Assembly (NCBI GenBank): GCA_965248445.1
Contig: CBDFJG010000003.1
Coordinates: forward strand, 256,001-320,000
Origin: Planctomycetota bacterium
Lineage (GTDB): Bacteria > Planctomycetota > JAJSAM01 > JAJVHW01
Length of the DNA stretch: 64,000 nt
Direction: 5' to 3'
The position numbers and the translations under genes were made by a program. Under the pieces are notes generated by a model. That model saw only the letters and a program-made list of their open reading frames with translations. It was not told the DNA's origin and made no database searches. Below are positions 18,648 through 27,228 of this stretch, piece by piece (the stretch's first letter is position 1; each line of letters opens with the position of its first letter).

Positions 18648-19250
18648 CTACGCCGAGGGTCGCCTGCGGGAGGCGCGCGAGAACTTTGAACAGAGTCTGG
18701 AACTCAGCCGCGACCTGGGGCACCGGGAAGCCGAGTCGCGCGCGCACTTCAATCTGGGCAGACTCTCCCTTGAGGAGGGCGAGAGCGAACGCGCGCTGGA
18801 GAACCTGACCGCGAGCGTGGTTATCGCCGACGAGGTGGGGCTGCCCAACCTGTCGGCGGTGTCGCTCGTCACGATCGGGGCACTGCACGCCGCAGCGGGC
18901 GACGAAGAGGCCGCGCGCGAGTCGCTCGTCAAGGGGCGCGACATCGCGGCGGCCAACGAGTGCGTGGACGAGGAGGCGCTCGCGCGCGGCCACCTGGCGT
19001 GCCTGCCCGGCGGGGACGTGGAGGACGCGCTGGTATTCGTCGCCGAGAATGCCGAGCGCGTCGCTGTCGACGAGCGCCGTGACGCGTACTGGCTCCTCTT
19101 CCGCGCGACCGGCGACCGGGCGCATCTCGAGGACGCCAAGGGCTTGCTCGACAAGTCACTGGCGCACGTCGATGACGAGACCCGCCAATCGATGCTCACG
19201 AACCGCTGCGTGAATCGCGAGATCATGGCCGCGTGGGAGAGTGCTCGCTC

Positions 19251-19326
19251 TGGTGGAGCCTAGGAGATTCGAACTCCTGACCTCCTGAATGCCATTCAGG
19301 CGCTCTACCAACTGAGCTAAGGCCCC
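19251..19326 (-). tRNA. tRNA-Ala(GGC)
   Basis: Reverse complement GGGGCCTTAGCTCAGTTGGTAGAGCGCCTGAATGGCATTCAGGAGGTCAGGAGTTCGAATCTCCTAGGCTCCACCA; full cloverleaf, anticodon GGC, encoded CCA. Confidence 0.97.
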
Positions 19327-19538
19327 ACCGCTCGCGGTCGCGCCGATCCGGGACCCCAGGGCCCCAGGGAGCGCGACGGAGCGCGGACGATAGGCAGGCG
19401 CCGCGCGGGGGGCAACTTTCGCAGGCGGCAGCGAGCCGGTCAGGGCACCGGGAATGCCGGGCGCACTGAACCTCGGGCTAACCTCGCGCGTTTCCCCTCG
19501 GACGACCCGCGCGCGTGTGGCGCACGGGGGAGGCCCCG

Positions 19539-22046
19539 ATGAGCACCAAGTACGACTTCCGAGCTACCGAGCAGAAGTGGCAAGAGCGCTGGAGAGAGAA
19601 TGGTCTCTTCACGGCGCCGGAGGCTCCCGACGCCGACCGGAAGTTCTACCTCCTCGAGATGTTCGCCTACCCCTCGGGCGACATCCACATGGGCCACTTC
19701 CGGAACTACGGCATCGGCGACGCCGTCTGCCGGTACCTGCTGATGAACGGCCGCCAGGTGCTGCACCCGTACGGGTGGGACGCCTTTGGCCTGCCGGCGG
19801 AGAACGCCGCGATCCAGCGGGGCACGCACCCGCGTGAGTGGACGCGGGCGAACATCGCCACCGGAGGCGACACGCTGCGGGCCGTCGGAATGGGCTACGA
19901 CTGGAGTCGCGAGTTCGCGACCTGCAACCCGGACTTCTACCGGTGGACGCAGTGGATCTTCCAGCTGCTGCACCGGCGGGGTCTGGCCTATCGCAAGGAC
20001 GCGCCGGTCAACTGGTGCGACGACTGCAACACGGGGCTGGCGAACGCGCAGGTCCAGGACGGCAAGTGCTGGCGCTGCGGCAACGAGGTGCGCAAGCGCG
20101 ACCTCGAGCAGTGGTACATCAAGATCACCGACTACGCGCAGCGGCTGCACGACGGCCTGGACGACCTGCCGGCCTGGCCGAACAGCACGTACGCGTCGCA
20201 GCGCAACTGGATCGGCCGCAGCGAGGGCGCCACGATCCGCTTCGAGGTCGCGGACGCCCCGGCGGACTGCCCGCAGGTGCTGGAGGTCTTCACGACGCGT
20301 CCGGACACCGTATGGGGCGCTACGTTCATGGCGGTCGCGCCCGAGTCCGCCTTCGGCCGCTACTGCGCGGAGAGCGGACCGAATGCGGCTGCGGTCGCGG
20401 CGTACGCCGCCGAGGCCGCGAACAAGACCGAGATCGAGCGCAGCGCCGCGAACCGCGAGAAGACCGGCGTCAAGAGCGGGTTCCTGGCCGTGCACCCGTG
20501 CACCGGCGACGCGATCCCGATCCTGGTCGCCGACTACGTCCTGGCCGGCTACGGCACGGGCTACGTCATGGCGGTCCCGGCCCACGACGAGCGCGACTTC
20601 GCGTTCGCCAAGGCGCACGACCTGCCGATTCGCGTCGTCATCCAGGACGACTCGGGGGAACTGGCGGGCGCGACGCTCGAGGCCGCGCACACGGGCGCCG
20701 GCCCGATGGTCAACAGCGGACCGTTCGACGGCCGGGACTGCGCCGAGGCAATGAGCGACCTGATCGCGTGGCTCGAGGAGCAGGAGATCGGCGCGGGCAA
20801 GGTGAACTTCCGGTTGCGTGACTGGCTGATCAGCCGGCAGCGTTACTGGGGCTGCCCGATCCCGATGATCCACTGCGACGCGTGCGGCGTCGTGCCGGTG
20901 CCGGAGGACCAGCTGCCGGTCCTGCTGCCAGAGAACATCGAGAACTGGGTCCCGAAGGGCCGCAGTCCGCTGGCCGACGTGCCGGAGTTCATGAACGTCG
21001 CGTGCCCGGAGTGTGGCGGCGCGGCGCAGCGCGACCCGGACACGATGGACACGTTCATCGATTCGGCCTGGTACCACCTGCGCTACGTCGACCCGAAGAA
21101 CGAGACCGCGTTGTTCTCACCCGAGTACGCGCGGGCCTGGCTGCCGGTGGATCTCTACATCGGCGGCGCCGAGCACGCCAACGGCCACCTGATCTACTTC
21201 CGTTTCATCACCAAGGTGCTGAAGGACGAGGGGCTGCTGGACGTCGAGGAGCCGGTCACGCGCCTCTATCACCACGGGATGGTGTCGGACGAGGACGGCC
21301 GCCCGATGTCGAAGTCGCTCGGCAACGTCATCTCGCCGATCCACGTTTGCCGCGACTACGGCATCGATGCCGCCCGCGTCGCGATGTTCTTTTTCGCGCC
21401 GTCGGACGAGGAGATCGCGTGGAAGCCGACGGGGGTGGCAGGAGCGCGCAAGCTGGTTCAGCGGCTGTTCGCGACCTACTCGGAATACGCAGAGATCCTG
21501 GGCGCCCACGAGCCGAACGTGCGCGGCATGCCGAGCGCCTGCGACGACGCGCGCGAGGTGCGCCGCCGCGCGCACGTGTTCCTCGACCGGATGACCCGTG
21601 CGTTCGAGAAGGACCTGGCTCTCAACACGGCCGTGGCCGCGATTTACGAGTTCCTGAACGTTCTGCCCGCCGCGTCGGCCGCCGCGGAGGCCGACGAGAA
21701 CGACCAGTGCTGCTACGCCGAGGCGTTGCGCGTCGTAGCCCTCGGCATGGCACCGCTGATGCCGCACCTCGCAGAGCAGATTCACGAGATGCTGGGCGGT
21801 GAGGGCAGCGTCTTCGCGCAGCCCTGGCCGAGCGTCGATCAGGACGCGCTCTCGCTCGACGAGATCGAGATCGCCGTTCAGGTCCGTGGGAAGGTGAAGG
21901 CGCGCGTCACGATTGCCGCTGATGCCCCTGAGGAAGTCGTCAAGATGGCGGCGCTCGCCGACCCCGACGTCCAGGCGGCGATCGGGGAACAGAAGGTCAA
22001 GCGCGTCATCGTCGTCCCCGGACGGCTCGTCAACGTCGTCGTGTAG
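19539..22046 (+). CDS. leuS: Leucine--tRNA ligase
   Basis: MFAYPSGDIHMGH, GWDAFGLPAENAA, CP1 editing VFTTRPDT, DWLISRQRYWG, PMSKSLGN, C-terminal VPGRLVNVV. Confidence 0.97.
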   Translation: MSTKYDFRATEQKWQERWRENGLFTAPEAPDADRKFYLLEMFAYPSGDIHMGHFRNYGIGDAVCRYLLMNGRQVLHPYGWDAFGLPAENAAIQRGTHPREWTRANIATGGDTLRAVGMGYDWSREFATCNPDFYRWTQWIFQLLHRRGLAYRKDAPVNWCDDCNTGLANAQVQDGKCWRCGNEVRKRDLEQWYIKITDYAQRLHDGLDDLPAWPNSTYASQRNWIGRSEGATIRFEVADAPADCPQVLEVFTTRPDTVWGATFMAVAPESAFGRYCAESGPNAAAVAAYAAEAANKTEIERSAANREKTGVKSGFLAVHPCTGDAIPILVADYVLAGYGTGYVMAVPAHDERDFAFAKAHDLPIRVVIQDDSGELAGATLEAAHTGAGPMVNSGPFDGRDCAEAMSDLIAWLEEQEIGAGKVNFRLRDWLISRQRYWGCPIPMIHCDACGVVPVPEDQLPVLLPENIENWVPKGRSPLADVPEFMNVACPECGGAAQRDPDTMDTFIDSAWYHLRYVDPKNETALFSPEYARAWLPVDLYIGGAEHANGHLIYFRFITKVLKDEGLLDVEEPVTRLYHHGMVSDEDGRPMSKSLGNVISPIHVCRDYGIDAARVAMFFFAPSDEEIAWKPTGVAGARKLVQRLFATYSEYAEILGAHEPNVRGMPSACDDAREVRRRAHVFLDRMTRAFEKDLALNTAVAAIYEFLNVLPAASAAAEADENDQCCYAEALRVVALGMAPLMPHLAEQIHEMLGGEGSVFAQPWPSVDQDALSLDEIEIAVQVRGKVKARVTIAADAPEEVVKMAALADPDVQAAIGEQKVKRVIVVPGRLVNVVV

Positions 22047-22076
22047 CGCTCACCACAACCCGAAGAAGAGCACACC

Positions 22077-23510
22077 ATGTCACGCAGGAAGATCGCCAAG
22101 CGCAGCGAGGACTACGCCCGCTGGTACCAGGACATCGTCGCGGCCGCCGAGATGGCGGAGAACTCGCCCGTGCGTGGCTGCATGATCATCAAGCCGTGGG
22201 GCTTCGGCATCTGGGAGCGCATGCAGCGTGAACTGGACGACCGCATCAAGGCGACCGGCCACGAGAACGCCTACTTCCCGATGCTGGTTCCGCAGAGCAT
22301 GTTCACCAAGGAGGCGGAGCACGTCGAGGGGTTCGCTCCTGAGTGCGCCGTCGTCACGATGGGGGGCAACAAGGAGCTAGAGGAGCCGCTGTACCTCCGC
22401 CCGACCAGCGAGGCCATCATCTGCACCACGTACGGCAAGTGGGTGAACAGCTGGCGTGACCTGCCGATCCTGATCAACCAGTGGGCGAACGTCGTGCGCT
22501 GGGAGATGCGTCCGCGCTTGTTCCTCCGCACGATGGAATTCCTCTGGCAAGAGGGACACACGGCTCACGAGACGCACGAGGAGGCGTACGAAGAGGTCAT
22601 GCGGATGCTCGACGTCTACGCCGAATTCGCCGAGACCGTGTGCGCGGTGCCGGTGGTCAAGGGCGCGAAGACCCCGCAGGAACGATTCCCGGGCGCCATC
22701 GACACCCACACGGTCGAGGCCATGATGCAGGACGGCCGTGCGCTGCAGAACGGAACTTCGCACGATCTCGGCCAGGTCTTCTCGAAGGCGTACGGCATCG
22801 AGTTCCAGGGGCGGGACGGGAACATGCAGCACGCGTGGTCCACGTCGTGGGGCGCCTCCACCCGCATGGTCGGCGCGCTGATCATGACCCACGCCGACGA
22901 CGACGGCATGGTCGTGCCGCCGAAGCTCGCGCCGATCCAGGCGGTCATCGTGCCGATCTACCGTGGCGACGAGGCCGGTGAGCTGGTCGCCGACGCAGAG
23001 AAGATCGCCGCGGATCTGCGCGCCGCGGGAGTCCGCGTCAAGGCCGACACCCGCGACGCGCTCCGTCCGGGTGCGAAGTTCTTCGAGTGGGAGAAGAAGG
23101 GCGTGCCCGTGCGCCTCGAGTACGGCGCCCGGGACAAGGAAGCCGGTGTTGTGATCGTCAAGCGGCGGGACAACGGCGAGAAGCAGACCGTGCCGCTCGC
23201 CGATGTCGTCGCGACCGTGACGGCGCTGCTGCCCGCGATCCAGGACGACATGTTGGCTCGCGCGAAGAAGTACCGGGACGAGCGGACATGCGACCTGGAC
23301 AGCTACGACGACTTCAAGGCGCGGATCGAGGAGGGTGGCTTCTTCCACATGCGCTGGTGCGGTGGAGAGGACTGCCTGAACCGGGTGAAGTCCGATACCA
23401 AGGCGACCTCGCGGTGCTTCCCGCACGGCGCGCCGGACGATCCGGGTCCCTGCGCGATCTGCGGCGCGGATGCCACCGGGCCGAGGCTGATCTTCGCGCG
23501 CGCCTACTGA
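22077..23510 (+). CDS. proS: Proline--tRNA ligase (archaeal/eukaryotic type)
   Basis: LRPTSE, QWANVVRWE, FLRTMEFLWQEGHTAH, GTSHDLGQ, TSWGASTR; C-terminal Zn domain ending FARAY; no INS editing domain. Confidence 0.96.
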   Translation: MSRRKIAKRSEDYARWYQDIVAAAEMAENSPVRGCMIIKPWGFGIWERMQRELDDRIKATGHENAYFPMLVPQSMFTKEAEHVEGFAPECAVVTMGGNKELEEPLYLRPTSEAIICTTYGKWVNSWRDLPILINQWANVVRWEMRPRLFLRTMEFLWQEGHTAHETHEEAYEEVMRMLDVYAEFAETVCAVPVVKGAKTPQERFPGAIDTHTVEAMMQDGRALQNGTSHDLGQVFSKAYGIEFQGRDGNMQHAWSTSWGASTRMVGALIMTHADDDGMVVPPKLAPIQAVIVPIYRGDEAGELVADAEKIAADLRAAGVRVKADTRDALRPGAKFFEWEKKGVPVRLEYGARDKEAGVVIVKRRDNGEKQTVPLADVVATVTALLPAIQDDMLARAKKYRDERTCDLDSYDDFKARIEEGGFFHMRWCGGEDCLNRVKSDTKATSRCFPHGAPDDPGPCAICGADATGPRLIFARAY

Positions 23511-23549
23511 TGGGGTGCCTGCGTCCCATCCATCGGGCAGAATGACACC

Positions 23550-24134
23550 GTGCCGAACAAGTTCCTGAAGGCGATCTTTGCTGGCGACGACGAGGACGTC
23601 GGTTCGTCCGCAGGCCGTGCGGACGGCGCCCCCGCCGTTCCCGAGAACCGTCCACGCAGCCTGGCAGACGCGTGGGAGCGGCTGGCCGAGAGCAACCGCA
23701 AGATCGAGGAGCGTCTCGCGTCCCTCGACGCCGCGGAGCGCGCACGCAACGAACTGCTCGACGGACTGCGCGAGACGTCGAAGCAGCAGCTCGACGTGCT
23801 GCACGTCCTCGGCAAGTTCCACGAGGCCGCCGAGAAGCGCGGCCGCGAGATGGAGAACCAGCTCCGCGGCGTCCCCGACGTGCTGCGCGGTTTGCCGACG
23901 GCGACCCGCGAGCAGGCCGAGAGACTCTCCGAGATCGCGGCGCGGCTCTACGAGAAGGCGCAAGACAACACGGTCAGTGCTCTGAAGAGCGCGCAGGCAA
24001 ACCACCAGCGCACCGTCGAGGACCTGATCGACAAGAGCCTCGGAGCCTCGCGACGTCTGACGGTGTGGGCGATGCTGCTCGTGCTATTGGCCCTCGCGCT
24101 CGTCGTCTTCGCCTGGCTGCAGAACCCGGCCTGA
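23550..24134 (+). CDS. Hypothetical coiled-coil protein with C-terminal TM anchor
   Basis: Heptad-rich helical body and terminal hydrophobic helix; host-like codon usage. Confidence 0.65.
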   Translation: MPNKFLKAIFAGDDEDVGSSAGRADGAPAVPENRPRSLADAWERLAESNRKIEERLASLDAAERARNELLDGLRETSKQQLDVLHVLGKFHEAAEKRGREMENQLRGVPDVLRGLPTATREQAERLSEIAARLYEKAQDNTVSALKSAQANHQRTVEDLIDKSLGASRRLTVWAMLLVLLALALVVFAWLQNPA

Positions 24135-24221
24135 CTCCCAGTTCGCGCACCGGATAGTTGCGGCACGGACTTCGTTGCCCCGGTACGGTCCCCGCGTTCT
24201 TTCAGATCTCGATCTGTCTCA

Positions 24222-24440
24222 CGGGTGCCGCCCGGACGTGTTCTCACGACGGTCGGCAGAGGCGCGCTGCGAACGGTGCGCCGAAGAGGGAAGTGGGGTG
24301 CAACACCCCCGCGGGCCCGCCGCTGTGACCGGATGACGTGCTGTCTCGCGACACCACTGGGCGACTCCCGACCGAGGGGGCCCGGGAAGGTCGAGACGGC
24401 CACCGCGCGAGCGGTCGTCCGGAAGCCAGAAGACCTGCCC
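24222..24440 (+). promoter_or_regulatory. Cobalamin (AdoCbl) riboswitch
   Basis: Conserved blocks GGTGCC, AAGAGGGAAGTGGGGTGCAACACCCCCGCGG-GCCCGCCGCTGTGA, CCACTGGG..GGGAAGG, and B12 box AAGCCAGAAGACCTGCC, directly upstream of B12 transport genes. Confidence 0.92.
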
Positions 24441-24490
24441 GGTGAGCGCTTCACGTCAGCATCTCCGTGGAAAGGGAGAGTGAGGCCGTC

Positions 24491-25399
24491 ATGTTCCGTG
24501 CAGCCATCCTCCGCATCGCGGTGCTGCTCGCCGCCGCCCTGTCGGCAGCGTGTGGTGACCCCGCCAACACAACCGGTCCGCCCGCCCCCGTTGCGGCGGT
24601 CGATCGCATCGTGTCGCTCAATCCTGCGCTGACCGAGACGATTCTCGCGTTGGGCGCAGGGGACAAGCTGGTCGGACTCGGGAAGTACGACCCGCCGGTG
24701 CCGGGGAAGCCCGACCTTCCCCGGCTCGGCGACGCGCTTTCGGTCAGTCTGGAGGCGGTCGTGGCGCTCGAACCGGATGCCGTCCTGGTCAACGGCGTCG
24801 GTCTCGCCGAGCGGCTGCGGCCGATCGACGGGCGCGCACCCGTGTACTTGATCCCGACGGACTCGTTGCTCGACGTGCGTCGCGCGGCCGTCCAACTCGG
24901 CGAGATGACGGGACGGGCCGACGCGGGGTGGCGACTGCAGGGCGGCATCGCCGAGGCCGTGGAACTCGCCCGCGTCCGCGCCATGGTGCGCGAGAAGGAA
25001 CGTGCCTCTCCGGGGCCGCGCGTGCTCGTCGTCGTGCAGCGCCGGCCGATCTACACCGCGGGCGCCGCGTCGTACCTGCACGAACTGTTGCAAGCCGTCG
25101 GTGCGCAGAACGTTGCAGGCGACCTGGAGGCCGCCTGGCCGACGCTCTCGGAGGAGAGCGTGCTCGCGCGTATGCCGGACGTCATCCTCGACGCATCCGT
25201 GGGCGACTCGGACACCGCGGAGGGCCGCGCGAAGCTCCTCGCGGGCTGGCGCGAGCATCCCGGGATTCCCGCCGTGGCGAACGACCGCGTCATCGTGCTC
25301 GGCAAGGAGGGTGAACCTCTCTTCCGGGCGGGCCCGCGCGTTCCCCAGGCACTGGCGCTGCTCGAGAGGCTCCTCTACGACGAGGAACGCGCCGAGTGA
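24491..25399 (+). CDS. btuF: Cobalamin ABC transporter substrate-binding lipoprotein
   Basis: Lipobox SAAC; RIVSLNPALTETILALGAGDKLVG; EAVVALEPD; FRAGPR; follows the B12 riboswitch. Confidence 0.8.
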   Translation: MFRAAILRIAVLLAAALSAACGDPANTTGPPAPVAAVDRIVSLNPALTETILALGAGDKLVGLGKYDPPVPGKPDLPRLGDALSVSLEAVVALEPDAVLVNGVGLAERLRPIDGRAPVYLIPTDSLLDVRRAAVQLGEMTGRADAGWRLQGGIAEAVELARVRAMVREKERASPGPRVLVVVQRRPIYTAGAASYLHELLQAVGAQNVAGDLEAAWPTLSEESVLARMPDVILDASVGDSDTAEGRAKLLAGWREHPGIPAVANDRVIVLGKEGEPLFRAGPRVPQALALLERLLYDEERAE

Positions 25400-26421
25400 C
25401 ACGTGGCGCGCCGGTCACAGCCGGCCTGTTCGCGCGCGTCGTTCTCGCGGCGCTGGTGATCGCAGTCGTCTCGGTGGCGGTGGCGTCGTCAGTTGGCGCC
25501 GAGTCGGTCGACGTCGCCGCCATCCTCGGGGGAGGCGGTAGCGATACCCACCGCGCGATCCTGTTCGACATCCGGCTGCCGCGCGTCCTGGCGGCGGCCC
25601 TGGTCGGCGGCGTGCTCGCCGTCGCCGGGACGACGTTCCAGGCGCTGCTTCGGAACCCGCTGGCCGAGCCGTATCTGTTGGGGATCTCCGGTGGGGGAGC
25701 GTTCGGCGCGGTGCTCGCCATCGTGGCGATCGGAGCGACGGCCGGAGCGCTGCCGGCCCGAGTGCCCGCCGCGTTCGGCGGGTGTCTCGTCGCACTCGGC
25801 GTCGTGTACGCGATCGCCGTCCGGCGCGGTGCGTTCCATCCGGCGACGCTCCTGCTCGCGGGTGTCGTCGTCAACGCGTTCTTCCTCGCCGCGCTCGCGG
25901 CACTGCAATACGCGGCATCGCCCGAGGAGTCGCAGGCGATCTTGCGATGGGTGATGGGCGGCTTCACGGCGCCCGCCGCCGCAGAACTGTGGCTGCTTGT
26001 GGCCGCTGCCGTGCTGGTGCTCGTCGTGGTCCTGCGGGACGCGAGGCGTCTGGACCTGCTCGCGTTCGGGGAGGCGACCGCGCGTGGACTCGGAGTCGAC
26101 GTGCACGGCACCCGCCGTCGGTTGTTCGTCGTGGCGGCGCTGGCCACGGCGTGTTCGGTTGCCGTCGCGGGGCCGATCGGGTTCGTAGGCCTGGTCATCC
26201 CACACGCGGTCCGCCTGGTCGTCGGGAGTGGCCACAGACTCGTCGTGCCCGCGTCGTTCCTCGTGGGCGCCGGGTTCCTCGCGCTGGCCGACGCGCTGGC
26301 GCGCGTGGCCCTGGCACCGGCTGAGTTGCCGGTCGGGATCGTGACGGCGGCGATCGGAGCGCCGGCGTTCGTCGCGCTGCTCCTGCGGTCGCGGGCACGG
26401 GGGGGGGCACTCGTTGCCTGA
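25396..26421 (+). CDS. btuC: Cobalamin ABC transporter permease (FecCD/BtuC family)
   Basis: IRLPRV, FQALLRNPLAEPYLLGISGG, GEATARGLGV, GPIGFVGLVIPH, ELPVGIVTAAIGAPAF. Confidence 0.85.
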   Translation: MTRGAPVTAGLFARVVLAALVIAVVSVAVASSVGAESVDVAAILGGGGSDTHRAILFDIRLPRVLAAALVGGVLAVAGTTFQALLRNPLAEPYLLGISGGGAFGAVLAIVAIGATAGALPARVPAAFGGCLVALGVVYAIAVRRGAFHPATLLLAGVVVNAFFLAALAALQYAASPEESQAILRWVMGGFTAPAAAELWLLVAAAVLVLVVVLRDARRLDLLAFGEATARGLGVDVHGTRRRLFVVAALATACSVAVAGPIGFVGLVIPHAVRLVVGSGHRLVVPASFLVGAGFLALADALARVALAPAELPVGIVTAAIGAPAFVALLLRSRARGGALVA

Positions 26422-27217
26422 AGCGCCGCTGCTGCTGACCGGTGTCTCCGCTGGGTACGGGGCCCGCACGGTCGTGCGCGACGCCTCGTTCAGCGCGGGA
26501 GCGGGAGAGATCGTTGCACTGCTCGGCGCCAACGGCTGCGGCAAGACGACGCTCCTGCGCGTGGCCGCCGGCCTGCTCGTCCCGAGCGCGGGCACCGTTC
26601 GCGTGGCGGGGGCGGACCCGGTCGCGCTGGGACCGCGCGAGACCGCTCGGCGCGTGGCGGTCCTGCCGCAGGACTCCGGTCCGGTGTTCCCCCTGACTGC
26701 GATCGAGTGCGTGCTGCTCGGCCGCGCGCCGTGGCGTCCGGCGTTCGCGTTCGAGAGCGAGGATGACGTCACCGCCGCACGCGCTGCGCTGGCGACGGTT
26801 GGCGCCGAGGCGTACGAGAGCCGTTCGATCGACACGCTGTCGGGGGGCGAACTCCAGCGCGTGCACGTCGCACGGGCGCTCTGTCAGGGCGGCGACGTGC
26901 TGCTCTCCGACGAACCGACCGCGCACCTCGATCTGGCCGGTCAGGCCGAGGTGTGGCGGCTGTTCGTGCGTCTCGCTACCGAGAGGCGCGCCATCGTGGT
27001 CGTGACCCACGACGTCAATCTCGCGGCACAGGCCGCACACACGGTCGTGCTGCTGGCACCGGGTACCGACGGCGTCACCACCGTCCGCGCCGCCGGTGCG
27101 CCGCGGGACGTGCTGACGGCCGAACACCTCTCTGCGGCGTTCGGCACCGAACTCGACATCGTTCACGGTCCCGACGGCACGCCACACGTGCGGCGCCGGG
27201 TCCACCTCACCCGCTGA
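26414..27217 (+). CDS. btuD: Cobalamin ABC transporter ATP-binding protein
   Basis: GANGCGKTT, LSGGELQRV, DEPTAHLD, VTHDVNLA. Confidence 0.85.
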   Translation: MPEAPLLLTGVSAGYGARTVVRDASFSAGAGEIVALLGANGCGKTTLLRVAAGLLVPSAGTVRVAGADPVALGPRETARRVAVLPQDSGPVFPLTAIECVLLGRAPWRPAFAFESEDDVTAARAALATVGAEAYESRSIDTLSGGELQRVHVARALCQGGDVLLSDEPTAHLDLAGQAEVWRLFVRLATERRAIVVVTHDVNLAAQAAHTVVLLAPGTDGVTTVRAAGAPRDVLTAEHLSAAFGTELDIVHGPDGTPHVRRRVHLTR

Positions 27218-27228
27218 AGGACTCCTCC

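Larger units (their letters stand above)
14124..19263 (+). pseudogene. Ser/Thr protein kinase - AAA/STAND ATPase - TPR protein, split by IS66 (14124-17115 + 18656-19263)
   Basis: Kinase motifs LGSGGMGSVF, VALK, HRDVKPEN, DLG, APE; Walker A GEAGIGKS; TPRs. Removing the IS and one TSD copy restores a 3600-nt frame (..GAFYAEGRLREARE..), 1199 aa. Confidence 0.9.

Noticed and set aside
22077..23510. Archaeal/eukaryote-type ProRS as evidence of recent inter-domain transfer
   Set aside because: This type is common in many bacterial phyla, and codon usage matches the host.
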